From NCBI RefSeq assembly GCF_963676685.1, contig NC_092350.1:81840001-81904000 (forward strand): 64,000 nt of DNA, given 5' to 3'. Under the pieces are notes generated by a model. That model saw only the letters and a program-made list of their open reading frames with translations, was not told the origin of the DNA and ran no database searches. The translations under genes and the position numbers were made by a program. The DNA is from Mytilus edulis. Lineage: Eukaryota. Positions 8,515-22,295 of the stretch are shown piece after piece; within the stretch, counting starts at the first letter, position 1, and the number at the start of each line of letters is the position of its first letter.

Positions 8515-9516
8515 GTAAGGCAGATATTGGTATTTTTGAAAAGGATCCTGCAGTTAATAAGTTAAATAATTTTTGAAACTACAACAAAGTTACCAAGTTA
8601 TACAGTATAACATATATATATTGCTTTGTTTAAGATAAAAGCAACATATGAATTTCAATGTCCGTTCGAAGTGCTTTTCAGGGTGACCTTCAGACGGAAC
8701 ACTTAAAGCCGAATTGTTGAAAGCAAAATATATAAAAACGATCAATTGAAGACCTTTGTAACCAAAAAAGAACACCTTTATTTTTTTAAGACGAACCATG
8801 CGAAAGGGAGTTAAACCCTTAATTTCTAACCATTTCAAAAATGTCAACGGAAATATTAAAAAGGTTTGTTATAAATCATATCATTACCGAAGTGTTAACT
8901 TCAAGAATGGTGATTCCCTTGGGAGTTGATAATCCTACAGCAGCGGGATCGACCTAATGCTGTAAAAAATGTAAAAACACGCTATAAATGTCATGTGTCC
9001 GAAGCGCTTTTCTGGATTCACCTTCATCGGTAAACGAATATTTGAATATGTGTACGAACCAACACATTTGAAGAGCAATTTACCAAAAATCCTTCTGAGC
9101 TGAATTGTATCTGAGGGAGGTGAAATCTTAGTTTCTATAAAAATTTCAATATTTATTAACTGACAATTTTAGACGGGTGTTTAATAGATCATGTCAGCCC
9201 CGAAGTATAAACTACTTAGGTATCGACTAAGTGCTGTACAAATTCAAATAACACGTTGTAAAGTTCATGCGTTCGAACCGCTTTTCTATAGGTACTTTTA
9301 TATACAGTTATAAACATATAGTTTTATTTGTAAACATGAATTCATCTACCATTTTTTGGCATATTTGATTGGCACATTAGTAAATTATGTCTCTACATTT
9401 TGATGACATGTTCGAGTTCATCCATTGCGAATTTATAAGAAGCTTGATAGTTTAATCTATTTAAAAATTAAACTCACATCTAAAACAGTAGACTTCATTG
9501 CTTTTTTTCATTTCAG

Positions 9517-9977
9517 CATTAAGAAGGCAAGATCGAATGTTAATTTCTAGTCCAGTTGTCGACGCATTACAGAAGATCGCATTTTACGCATACCTTTCAC
9601 ACGGTGAGGTTGACCCAGGGCATCACCATATCATTGTTTTCGATAATGAACTTACTAATTCCGGAAATGGATACAACAAATATACAGGAACGTTTTTGGT
9701 CCCAATTGAAGGGCTTTACGTTTTTTCTTATACCATTGTTGTACAGCGGGGACATCAAATGCCGACAGAACTAGTGGTAAATGGTAATGCTATTGGTGCT
9801 GTTGCAGCTGATAGTTATTCAGATTCCCATTACCCAGCTGCATCAACTACACTTGTTGTTAGTTTGAAAAAAGGCGATGCTTGCTTTATTCGAACTTCAA
9901 CATTCCAGGCTTATGACATTGGGGATCTGTACAGCAGTGTTTGGTCTAGAACATGCTTTTCTGGTTGGAAATTATAA
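9517..9977 (+). CDS. C1qDC paralog 3, exon 2 (gC1q); spliced product 295 aa, apparently intact
   Basis: Acceptor tttcag|CA in phase 1. IAFYAYLSHGEVDPGHHH...CFSGWKL*. The exons total 427+461=888 nt, and AATAAA overlaps the stop. Confidence 0.9.
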
Positions 9978-10245
9978 TAAAACTAAGGTGAACTGAAGTT
10001 AATGATTGGTTGTAGTTAAAAAAAAACACTGGCATTTAAAATTGATACTATAAGTCAGAAAACATAATTTGAGGAACAAAATGCTAATTTTTCATATTGG
10101 GAATGCTGACCCTTTTTGAGGTATTTAATCATTTTGAAATGGCGGGAAACAACTGACTCGAAATTTTACCTTATATTTAGCATTGGATTTATTTGGCTCT
10201 CTTATCGAAAAAAAAATCTAGAATCTGGTTATATTTCGGTAATTA

Positions 10246-10575
10246 GGAGATAACTGTATTGTATTTTAAGCTCCGACGGCATCAATTGGGAATTTGATGG
10301 TAGAAAATTCAGTTTACTGGCGACGCGTTAGCGGAGACAGTAAACGGGTATTTACGACCATCAAATCCCCAATTGATGCCGTCGGAGCTTAAAATACAAT
10401 ATTGTTATCTCCATTCTAATGAAACTGACAGAAAACAACGTTAAAACATGTATTTAAAAACTGTCATATGCCGCCTGCGCTTGCGCGTACGTTCCATAGC
10501 ATCAATTGATGCCATGTAGATAAGTGACGTTATCCAATCAAAATGAACGTTACAAACGTTGTTGCATTATAATGA
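10246..10575. mobile_element. Non-autonomous palindromic element (Crypton-like MITE)
   Basis: Near-perfect hairpin 10246-10412 centred on gcgttagcg, followed by a tail with a short internal inverted repeat. The family assignment is inference and the right end is approximate. Confidence 0.6.
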
Positions 10576-11084
10576 CCTTTGTATGATACAATTGCAGGAG
10601 CTAACACCCTGTACTGTGTATGTAAGCTACCTAATTAGACTCATCATCGATAGTATTATTTAATTATCAACATGACAGCTGCTACATGTAGAGCAGGGTG
10701 TAATTTTCCGTCGGGTCACCGGAGATAATTTCAGTTTAAAATATGGTTTGTGTTGCTCAGTCTTTACGGTGACCTATAGTTGTTAATGTCTGTGTCATTT
10801 TTCTCTCTTGTGGTCAGTTGTCTCATTGGCAATCATACCAAATCTTCTTTTTTATATTTAGTTTTCTATATTCTGTTTTGTGTATTATTGTTTGTCTTTT
10901 CATCGTTGACAGGTTTTTTTACCATGACACTGTCAGTTTGTTTTCGACTTATAGGTTTGAATATCCCTTAGTTATCATCGTCGTCTTTTATTTTGACATT
11001 ATGTTAAACGCCTACAGATAGGCACATGTTTTATCATAGTTTTATAGGTTATCAGTGTCATTGTGATCTAACGAGAAACTAAAA

Positions 11085-11430
11085 ATGGTTGTCATCTTCA
11101 TGATAGTCACAATTTGCTGCATCAATTTTGACTATGTTTTTTGTAGTGATGATAGGATTTCTAGACTTGAGAAGCTTGTAGAAGCACAGAATATCATGGT
11201 CCTTGGATTTGAGAAAGATTTTGATGTGTTGAAAGACACCGTTAGGACTCAAAATATAAAAATTGATAGCTTAGAAAATCAATTGCAAAGTTGTAAGGCT
11301 TCTTTTGATTTCACGGAGTCCAATACCACTAGAACACTGCTGTCTCGACATATCTTACCGTCTCGGGATAAAATGAATGTCGAGACGCCACAGCATGAAG
11401 TGGGAGTTGAAATAAACCGACTGCAGAAAG
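11085..11430 (+). pseudogene. C1qDC paralog 4, exon 1 (signal peptide plus coiled coil)
   Basis: MVVIFMIVTICCINFDYVFCSDDRISRLEKLVEAQ...RLQK, then donor AAAG|GTTATA in phase 1 at the same position as paralog 2. Confidence 0.82.
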
Positions 11431-11725
11431 GTTATATTGTGAAATCATTTAATTTCGTTGGTTTCTACTTTCGTGCTTGTAGAATACTTAGCTCTTTCTA
11501 ATCAAATTTTCTGACTATAGGTAAAACAAATAATTTTTTATTTGCAGTTACCACGTTTCTATAAATCTTAGAAAATCAGAAACACCGGGGTATAAATCAA
11601 TTCTCAATAAATAATTGATAATTTGCAGAGTTCATGTGATTATCTGTTGTAATGCTGAATTCATCATTGAGCATTTGGAGATGTCTGCTACTCTGTTTAA
11701 CAATAACAATCTTTTTAGCAGACTG

Positions 11726-12545
11726 TAAAAGAGGGCCGAAAGAAATCAGAGGAACAGGCATACTCATAAACCAAAACCCGAAAACAAAACTGACAACGCC
11801 ATGACTAAAAGTAAAATTCAAATAGACAAATAAAAGAACACAAGATACAACATAGACAACTACAGACTCAGCAGCACGTACACTACCAACAACTTCGGGT
11901 GATCTCATGATCAGGTGCTCTGGCAGGGTAAGCAGATCCTGATCCACATGTGGCGAGTTGCTAATATTATCACAGACCTGGTACTATTAGTTACACAGTG
12001 TGCAATTGTCCTAATACGAAAATTTATCGGGTCAATAAAGTTCATATCGGGTGAGGCGAAACCAAACCCGATATGAATTTTATTGACCCGATAAATTCCG
12101 TATCAGGACAATTGAACACTGTGTAACGAATTTATCCTGATTTTATTATTTTACATATTATTATATTCAAATTCATTTTTAGGACATTATCAACCAAATA
12201 TATAATAGATATTTAATCTGAAACTGTAAAAACTTTAAAATATAAGAACTGTAAAGCAACTGAAATTTTATTTTTTTATTAGGTCAATGGTATAAGGGAG
12301 ATAATTCCAATTGACGTAATAAATAAGGGAGATAATTCCAATTGACGTGATAAAAAATTGTACTGAAATTTATTAAGATAATATCAGCCAATCAAATTGC
12401 GAGAAATTACTCTGAATCAGGATAAATAGTGTAATTCGTGAAAAGTAAAGGGGATTGTGGTAACGACATAAGGAGCATATCCGATATCGTATGTGAAACG
12501 GTTATTCTAAAAAGGTCAATCAACTCACGATGGCGTCCGTAAATT
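11726..12545 (-). mobile_element. Penelope-like 3' fragment split by a nested palindromic element
   Basis: 11726-~11985 and ~12426-12545 together match the continuous 1216-1600 and 49730-50112 copies. Confidence 0.7.
11985..12426. mobile_element. Nested palindromic non-autonomous element (Crypton-like)
   Basis: Hairpin 11990-12127 centred on gaggcgaaacc, plus a second inverted pair ttatcctgatt/aatcaggataa. Ends are approximate. Confidence 0.6.
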
Positions 12546-13796
12546 TAGAAACAGGAAGAAAACACCCTAGCCAAAAGAGACTTTAAAAGGATTATCAACT
12601 TTGAAACGATGAAAGAAAAATACTGCGTGTCTGTCTGTCTGTCTGTCTACCTGCATGCAGATCAAAAACGGTTCTTATCATGCACCTATCTTAAACATGT
12701 GAATCTTAACTATTTTGTCATAATACATATATGTGGGTCAACCAACGTTACTTGGGAAAAGTCCTTTAGTGAACTCAAGACTGGAAAAGTTATAAATAGG
12801 ACAAAAAAGAATTGAAAAATCGAAAAATAAACGAAACAACATGATAAAAGAAAAAGGGCAATGACCTTCTTTATAATTTCAAAAAATGCACAAAACGATT
12901 AAAGCGACAATTCAGGGGTGAGCTTCAAAATGGTAAGCAGTTTCGACTCATAAGTAGCTACTAACAAAGCCCCCAGATTGAGAAAAAGAATGCATCTTAT
13001 CGTACCATAGCTAATCAGGATGGGTTGTACATTCAAATTGGTTGAAATTTCTTTCAGTAATATTTATCCCATGAGGACGCGGTGTGTCAGTGTAAGTTCA
13101 CCCCGATGGCCGGATCTTAAACTGACACACCAAGTCCGAAGCTGTTCTAGATTATAAGAAAAAAATGTATATAAAACGACCACCAAACACATGTTTAAAT
13201 ATGAAACGATGCCAACTCGCCCTACTGACTATCGGCCCAACACGAAATCCACACTTATGAAAAATAGAAAACCCACGATGAATTAAGTCCCGACTTACCT
13301 CACTAATCAACCCAACTAATCAGAGATAGTCCTCACATAGGTAGTTCTAGAGTTGAGCGCTTATTTTAAAAGTGGGGCGAGTTGGTGAAAGGTGTTCGAT
13401 CTGGTATGGGGCGATTTGCCAGTGGGGCGAGTTATCTTGTTTTCTTTCAATATGTTAAATTACTAATAGTTTGTATGCAGTCGTCATGGTGTAGGGGTTT
13501 GATTTGTGGAGTTGAATGCTAAACGTCTACAGTTCGAATCCCAGTATATATAGGCACTTGATTTTTTCAATACATATTATGAGTTAGTCTTTTCCGTAAA
13601 ACTATTTTCTAAGTTTATTGTGGATTTAACATTCCCGCCAAATGTTACAGAACTAAGGAAAGCATGCAGAGCAAGGACACTCCATCTGGGGTGATCTGGT
13701 AGGACAATGGAGCTGGGATGTAATTTGAAGTGTCATATTAGTAATCCTTCTGCTTGTCACTTCCATATTCTTGATATGTTTATTTTTCATTTTCAG

Positions 13797-14242
13797 ATTT
13801 CAAGTGAGATAGAAGATTACTGCTGTCCGGATCTAACGTGGATTTCCCACCAATTATCGCATTTCACGCATACCTTTCAAAATCGGAAATAGACCCTGGA
13901 CACCATCATACTATAATTTTTGATTCTGTTCTTTCGAATTCTGGAAATGGCTACAATAATCACTCAGGAACATTCATTGCTCCTGAAAATGGAATGTACG
14001 TTTTTGCTTTTACCGTCGTTGGGTACCCAGTTCAGTTGGTTGTAAACAGTAACATTGTTGGAGCTACTGCCACAGACAGTTTATCGGATACTCCATACCC
14101 ATCCGTTTCATCGATAGTCGTTGTTTATTTGAACCAAAGTGATACTTGCTTTCTAAGAACTGCACAAACTACCGGTTCCATTGTTGGAAATTTGTATAGC
14201 AGTGATTGGTCTAGATCATCCTTTTCTGCATGGAAACTTTAA
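13797..14242 (+). pseudogene. C1qDC paralog 4, exon 2 (gC1q) with in-frame TGA at 13805-13807
   Basis: Acceptor ttttcag|AT gives DFK*DRRLLLSGSNVDFPPIIAFHAY...SAWKL*. It also has a 15-nt in-frame deletion relative to paralog 2. AATAAA at 14264. Confidence 0.82.
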
Positions 14243-15079
14243 ATTGGATTTATCGAACATTTGAATAAAATTACGTCATTGGAAGGTGTTGTCGTCTTAA
14301 CTTGTTGACAAGACTTGTTTTTTTTTTTAAATGAGAAATGAAGAAAAGACGAAAACATAACAACAAACAGTGGTATATAGACAATAAACTATACTTAAAT
14401 TTTATGGTAAAATAAATAAAAGCAGCAGTTGTATGCCGAGGTTCAAAAGTCATAAATTGATTGTAAAAAAACAAATTCCGTTTTACAAACTAAAAAAAGT
14501 AAAATTACAGAAATACTGAAGACAAAATTCTAAATTCAAAAAGGCATGTTCCTTACAAAATGGCAAAATCAAAAACTCAAAGGAAAGATAATAATAAGCA
14601 TATTCCGTACTTGGTACAGGCATTATCCTATGTATATGTTTTCCTTTTTGAAGACGTTAAGGAGGTAAACCCAGGTTGAGGGAAATGACTTTTGAAATCA
14701 TTTAGTAACCTTAAGTCAAAAGAAAAACGTCCTCACATCAAACAAAGATGTTTAGATAACGTTTTGCGAAAAATAATTCCGTTTACACTATATTGGACTG
14801 TATCTCCTTATACTCAAATTCAACGAGTCTCACGTATATTGACGTGACTTGTTATTAAAATTTTTTGAATCATTCTAGAAGAAAAATCATAACAGGACAA
14901 CACATAATCTCAATTTTACACTTAGTCAGAACTGAATTTTCGCGCTGTCGTACTAGTCGAATAGTATATATGTGAATGTGTTCTTGTCTATTTTACCTTT
15001 AATTTAATCATTTACAGGCGAAAATTAAGAACATGCATATATGGAAACATTGTATCCTTCACACTCGATGTCAAAACCA

Positions 15080-15440
15080 TAAAATTGAAATGTAAATAGG
15101 GAATATGTTAAAGAGACAACAACCAAACCAAAGATCAGACAACAGCCGAAGGACATCAACGGATCTTCAATGCAGCGAGAAACTCCTGCATCTGGAGGCG
15201 TGATTCATGTAGCTTCTAAACAAAAATGTATACTAGTTCAGTGATGACGAACGTCATACTTAACACCGAAATGAACGCAAGAAACTAAAATCACACAAGC
15301 CTAACAAAGGCCAAGAGCTCCTGACTCGGGACAGCAGGCGCCAAGATGTGGCGGGGATAAACATGTTTTTGATATCTCAACCCTTCCCCTATACCTCAAG
15401 CTAATGTAGAAAAAAAAACCAATACGCAACAATACGTAAT
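15080..15440. repeat. Dispersed repeat (aaattgagaatggaaatggggaatgtgtcaaagagacaac family)
   Basis: Homologous copies at ~42570-43130 and ~50990-51070. Confidence 0.65.
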
Positions 15441-18400
15441 AGCCGTTGCGTGGTAAGGTTATTGCTTTATTTTTAAACACTCTTCTCATTAAACAATTCC
15501 GATCAAAGAAGACTTAGGTCACTTCAGTACCTTCGTGATACGGATGATCAACTTAGACATATACAACCCCATACTCAGCAATGATATCATTTAAATCTGG
15601 CCTTAATCATATAAAGCTTGAAATTAAATGGCTGATCAAGTTACTCATCCCTACCCCTAAGTACGTAGTAAGTGACCCTCAGGATAAAATCGAAGTATCT
15701 GTAAAATAATGAACTTACATGTAGGTATGACTCGAGAGTATTGACGATATTTAGTCGTACATTTCTTGTTTTGATCCTATTAAAGATGAAGATAAGTTTC
15801 TTATTTCAGGACACAATTGTCTGAAAGGCAGTATTGGTTATTTTGTAGCCTTTATGACCTTCGAGATCCTTAAAAAATTGTATCTCAAATAACAGTATAC
15901 AAGTTTAAACAAAATATTATATCAAGGCTACGAGACTTGCTGTAATATTTGAGTTTCCTCCCCTATCATGCTTAATCCAGTATCTTCACTAAACAATTGC
16001 GTAATTTAACCTGAAAAATAATTGCGTCTAAAAATAAAATGACAAGTTCAGGTCGTTTACCTTCAATTAACTGCCATGTTTACATTAACCGATATAAAAG
16101 TGCAATGAATTGATTAAAACGTGATTTAAAGTCAATTGCATTTACCTTTATAAAAATATATTGGATATGCTGTTTGTATTCAACACAGTCTGTCCAAAAC
16201 TTTGAACTATATCGGTTCACTTTTTAAACGAATAAATTCCTTGGACCAAACAATACAGAAGCAGACTGCCTATCTAATATGAGCATGATAAGCGAACATT
16301 TTGTTATCGAACTTAGACTTCAAAATAAAGATAATGTGCTCTTGAAATTACTTTATATTTTGTTTTTAATGCAAACTAGTGTCACAAAAAGTCAGTATTT
16401 TCAAGCATATAGTCGAAATTCTTCTACATTCGTGCATACAATTTATAAATAAAAGTGTTGTTTGTATTTTAACAGAACTGGGTCAATACCTCTTCTGGTA
16501 GACTATTATTCCCGTGTGTATCATCTGTTGAGTAGTCAGTTCTTTGGTACTGACATGATTAATAACGTATAATTCTTAAATTGTCAGGTTTTCGAGGTAC
16601 GTTTATAAGCTTAGATTTTATTTACCAAACTAATGTTTTGATTTTGGTAATAGTTTTAGGTCCCTTTTTAATCATCATGTGTTTGGTATCTAAACATCCT
16701 TTTTCGCTTTCAAATATTTGGCTTTAAGTGTTCCTGGTAAATCGGTAAATCGAGAATTGCGCATTGGACGCACACAATTTGTCAAGGGGTATTTTAGTGT
16801 TTTGTTTCAGTTCTTTTATCAACACAAAACATAGTACTATAACAAGTAACTAGAAACAACATTACCAATGTTATAGTGTCTGCGCAATTAAGAGTATCAG
16901 TGGTGCAGCTTATTTTATTCACATTTGACCTGAAAGTATATATGAAGAATAAATGCACACTTTGAAACAGAAAATAATACAATCATGCGTATTTATAGAA
17001 CAATGTAGAATAATTAAACATTATACAAAATAAATATTGTTCAATTATTTTGTTTTAAAGCCTGTACCAATATCATTTTGTATTCATACACTAGTATATA
17101 ATGTGTATCAGTACATTAACAAGTACATCGCGGAACATGAGGATTCTTTCTCACAATAATTGTTGTCGGCTTTCATAAGTATGTTATATAAAGGTCGGTG
17201 AACTGCAGAAATATAGTTCAGTATGTACTTAAACCGATATACAATATCCTGTTAGCACAGTACAATAATGTATTCACTGTTTTATTGTGTTGAAAATATA
17301 GACACAAATAAAATTGTAAACCTTGAAATCGATAATCAACTTTTGTTTACATAATCATATGATAAAGTGCAATAGGTCATTTATCAATTTTGATCAATAA
17401 TATTTGTTCTGGTCATAAATCTGATCAGAAAAGAAAGCCATTAGAGTGAAATTAGTTAAAATAATTGATGTCCTACAAAGCCAGCTCATATATTAAATTA
17501 TCTTGGAAACAGCTGTAAAATTAATCTGTGTTTTTTTGTATTTTGCATCTAGATAAGAAAAAAATATACTATTTATCTCATTTATGCAAAAAATACAATA
17601 TGACATGTATAAATCCCTGCTTTAGATTCAAACAGTTCTTTTGGCTTGTGTGTTTGACATATAAGAACTAGAACGAGCGTAGAGGTTTAGACTTTCAGTC
17701 GTCAATACTAAGATCCTGCAAGACGTGTTTGGAATTAAATTTTTTAGTTGGGATTGGTTTGGTATAGATATAAGAAATGATATATACATATTGGACCTTA
17801 AAATAAGGAGGCATTTACGAGTGAATTATTTTTATGTAGAAAGATATTACCCAAGTTCGAAATTCCAAATCTGAACATTAAAACATTCATTCTTTGTAAG
17901 AACAATGTCTGATATGAATGGACTACCAGACAATCTTATGTGTCAATACAATTGAGAGCTGTAAGACTTCGGTTGCTCTCACATGGTTGGACTAATCTTC
18001 CAATGTCTCTCTACCATTGCCATGGTTGTCATATACTGGCCCTACAACGTACATATTTCGATTCAGATTTAGTTAATTGAAGGGAGACTTTTGTTGGCAA
18101 AGAAAAGTTATGGAAAGGGTCTTTTCTTCTATTCATTTTTTCCAATGCGAACTGGTTTGAAACAGTTCTAATATGTGACTTACAATTTCCGATATGCTAG
18201 CAGTAGAATTTTATTTAGTTCTGATTGCCACTTTTATGCAATAGATTTCTAAAAAAATTGAAATGTGTCACCTACTACTTCCACGTCGATAGAAGAGTGT
18301 ACAGAAGAAGGAGTAATGATAAAAAACCAAACATATTCTTGATGATCATAATTTCAATAAAAACATTGAGTTATGTCTTCAAGCTTGTGTCATTAGAAGA

Positions 18401-18469
18401 ACTTTTTTTAAAGTTGATTAAATTCTGCTATGATATAGTTATCGTGATAATTTGTATTTGTTTATATGT

Positions 18470-18692
18470 TAAAAAAGGGGGGACGAAAGATACAAGAGGG
18501 ACAGTCAAACTCATAAATCGAAAACAAACTGACAACGCCATGGCTAAAATGAAAAAGACAAACAGAAAAACAATAGTACACATGACACAACATAGAAAAC
18601 TAAAGAATAAACAACACGAACCCCACCAAAAACTAGTGGTGATCTCAGGTGCTCCAGACGGGTAAGCATATCTTGCTCCATATGTGGCACCA
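18470..18692 (-). repeat. Penelope-like 3'-end copy
   Basis: High similarity to 1216-1430 and to the reverse complement of 52613-52832. Confidence 0.8.
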
Positions 18693-21600
18693 AACGTATG
18701 CTATAGTAAACGTCAGAAATGATATTTGAGATATGTCGATACATCACAATTAACGATAAGGTACACTATATTTCGTTTGAATGCTTGATAAACTATTTTA
18801 GCTTGTCTTTCAGATTTTACTTCAATATCCGATCCTTTTGTAATTTCTGATTTAACGTTTTTTGAAAAAATTCTTCAAGTCAAACGTTCACCGCTACCAA
18901 CTGATTTATACAGACCTGTATCATGACAATCAGACGCATGTCTTGCGTACTTTATATTCGGAATGATAACTTTTAAGAGTTATATTATTTGTCTAATAGT
19001 TGGCTTTCTGTTTATGTTTTAAGTCTTTAAATATAGTGGTTGTACTTCAAGATTCGAACATTTCTTTTTTGTTGTAAAATACGGTACAAATATAAGACAG
19101 TATTAGTTTACTGATGTTTACATCTCGTTAATCGATTACGAAACGACAAAACAAGGTACAAACAAAAACTGATGGAATTGCAGGAATTCCAAAAAGGAGC
19201 TAGACCAGATGTGTACATAGTGTATGCATTTTATGCTTTGTATGTATAGGGTGAATTCATTAAAAAGCTCCTATTGACTTGAATGTTAATCTATGTCTTG
19301 AATTAAATTTATACCTGATTTACCTTCAGAAATTAGAAATTTCATATATCATTCACGAAAGTACAAATGTAGCCCTATCTTTTGGAACAATAAAAACATA
19401 GGGTCATGCGGCATTTTTGGGGTATTCACATGGCCTTGTTTACAAACACTGTAGATTCGCACTTAATCCCTTCACTGACCCCCATTTCTTTTCAACCATG
19501 TAGTAAACAAATTTATTACATTCAGCATTTATTATTTTATTTTTTCAACTCTAGTTTTGATCCATTTATCAAAAAATATTTGTTGCAAACATTATCTACC
19601 AATCAGAAGATTACATGACTTCAGTGCTATACAGAAACCTTTGCCCAAATGGGCGGTCCCTGATGACGTATATTTATTAATTGAATTTACCCCTATAAAG
19701 GGTCATGTAAATTTACATTCGGTCAAATTGCAAACATCGGGTAGGATAATAAATCACAGATGGGAAATAGATATCGACGTTTTCAGTTTTACGAAACTAT
19801 GTTGGCGTAATTTTGAAAGATTCAATTATGTAATAAGATCAGAAAAAAAAGAAAATAAATAAAACAAAAAAAGAAAATAAATAAATAAAACAAAAAAAGA
19901 AAGCCGAAAACAAAACACACTGCACTATGGTCAAAATAAATGCACCAAACTATTTATTTTCAAGTCAAGTTCACTCCCTGCCTCTGTTTTAAAAGCAAAA
20001 TAAAAGACAAATATGAAAAACATCAAGAAATGAAATAATCACTGAATTACAGGCTCCTAACTTAAAACAGGCGCATACAGAATTTGGTGTGATTGAATAT
20101 GTTAATCCATAAATTCTATTTAAGTACTGAACTTTGGATTTTGTTCTTGGTGTAATCTACATATTATTCGTTATAAAACGAACCAAACAGCAAAGTTAAA
20201 GAAGATCTGATAACCCGTAAGGTCATGTTACCTTTTGTTCTTACGTACAGTGTTGGACTTTGCCCTCTTGTATCTGTAAAACTAATTGCATTTTGATTCA
20301 TATAAGTTTTCTATTCAGAATATGTTTGCATTCTTTTACTTAAGTGACATTTGTCTGTAGACTTATCTGTTACCCAACTGTCACTGACTTGGGTTTTTAG
20401 GTCAAGTACTGTAAAATTGTTAACGTCAAGGTCCAATCTTTTCTTAAATAACTTTAATATATTGATACTTATGTGTGCTTTTATAATAATAGCTTAACAT
20501 CTGGTTTAGTCAAGAGTTTAAAAGAGGGATGTAAGTTTGTTACGAGTTATGCATTCATAATTTGAAAATGATATATATATTGTGGCTCTAACAATTTCCT
20601 TGGAGGTCTTATTTCCAAGAGTATTTGAAACCAGGTGATCAGATGCCATTTTGTATACATTCTACTTCATGCCTACATATTGAGCTAGATGGGTCACGAT
20701 GAAAAATCAAATCTTACATGAGAAAAAACAGGTATTAGCTTTATTTCAAAGCAGGCTATCGGAAAATCACAGTACTATCCAAAGCTTAGCATATCCGGAT
20801 GAGGAGGAGACGCATAGATGTTTTGTTCATTCGAAGACCTCTACGTGTGTCATTAAAACGTCTGACATTACAAATGTTTCTTTCAAATCTATAAATTTTC
20901 CAATCTCATACAGCGACAGCTTTACATTTCAAATTTCCTCAAACTATTAATTCAATGTGTTGAATGCTGTATTAAAAATATGTAAATGCTTCGTAGAGTT
21001 ATCGTCTTGGTCCTTCGGAATGATAACTTGCAATTTGATTTATTCAAATCATTTTTTTAGCATTTTCATTGAGCAATTTCATTTTTGCTGCACCAGATGC
21101 ATGATGCTTATTTCGACAAGAAATGTCTTTTAAGTGATACTCGAGGCCAACATATCTTTTTTGATTTAAAGTTAGGAAATCTTATACATTAAAAATGTAC
21201 AGCAAGGCATCAATAGAGAAGATTTCCTTCAAATGATCAATTAAAGAGCGGCTTAAGACACCAGAGGGACAGTTAAACTCATAGATCGAAAATAAAATGA
21301 CAATGCAATGGCAAGTGATTGTACGTGTAATTGTGTAGTCCCTATTTTCTCCCACAACAATTGGAATATTCTTATTTCATGTCTGATTGTGAACGTGACT
21401 TAAGTTTATATCTATACCTATCAAGAGATGAAATGAACGTAACCACCTATTATGTGATATACTTCGTACGAATATAACCCTTTTCCGCCTACTGGTGTAT
21501 ATTTAAACCTGTTTGAATCTAGATCATTTAGATACAAGTCATATATATATAGATAGATCGTGTGACTCAATATAGTATGAGAAACAAAAGATTTAAATCG

Positions 21601-21989
21601 ACTTTACAATTAAAGAACAATAAATATCTGAATTGTACAAGGAATAGGGTTGAACTACGTACCAATCATCACAAAGGAAATGTACCATCATGCAGTATAA
21701 ATTAAAATAAATCTTTTGAGTGTTTGCTAGAACATGCATAATGTTGTTCAGCTTAAAAACTGGATTGTCACCAATATTTACATAGGATAAATGAGAGACA
21801 ACAGTGTTAATGATCGAAGTATTATGCAACTAGATGGTGGTCCCATTTAAAAGTTTTAACCGTCAACTAGTAATGAACAATACATCAGTTTTCCTCATTT
21901 TGATTATATGACCGTTATAAATCTGAACCTAATTGAGCAAGCAAATTTCATTGCGTTTAATTTCTAAAATAAAGAGGATCCACCTTACA

Positions 21990-22295
21990 TATTCAACCCC
22001 GCCGAATTCTATATGTGTGTGCCTGTCTCAAGTCTGGAGCCTGTAATTCAGTGGTTGTCGTTTATTGATTTGTTACATATTTGTTTTTTGTTCATTTTTT
22101 GTACATAAATCAGGCCGTTAGTTTTCTCGTTGAATTGTTTTCAATTGTCATTTGGGGCATTTTATAGCTGACTATGCGGTATGCGCTTTGCTCTTTTTTA
22201 AGGCTGTTCGGTGACATATAGTTGTTGATTTCTGTGTCGTTTTGTCTCTTGTGGAAAGTTAACTCATTGACAATCATACCACATTTTCTTCTTTT
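21990..22295. repeat. Dispersed SINE-like repeat (...ctcattggcaatcataccacatcttctt)
   Basis: Tail shared with 10760-10850 and, inverted, with 33775-33970, 39630-39730 and 61855-61940. Confidence 0.65.

Noticed and set aside
8930-9060. Further hammerhead-like motifs (also near 16730, 21100, 48420, 49095)
   Set aside because: They resemble decayed ribozyme repeats, but the cores are too mutated to call.
13478-13548. tRNA gene
   Set aside because: Only A-box-like (tggtgtagggg) and B-box-like (gttcgaatcc) motifs are present and no cloverleaf forms. At most a decayed SINE head.
13805-13807. TGA as selenocysteine
   Set aside because: It aligns to Arg (CGA) in paralog 2, not Cys, and no SECIS is evident.
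15440-15880. Coding-looking minus-strand stretch with scattered stops
   Set aside because: No recognisable family motif or consistent splice structure.
18225-18747. Recurrent 60-146-aa ORFs such as EQDLLTLPEHLRSP and TKDTRGTVKLI (also at 1119, 11597, 49699, 52556)
   Set aside because: Incidental frames within the non-coding PLE 3'-end repeat.
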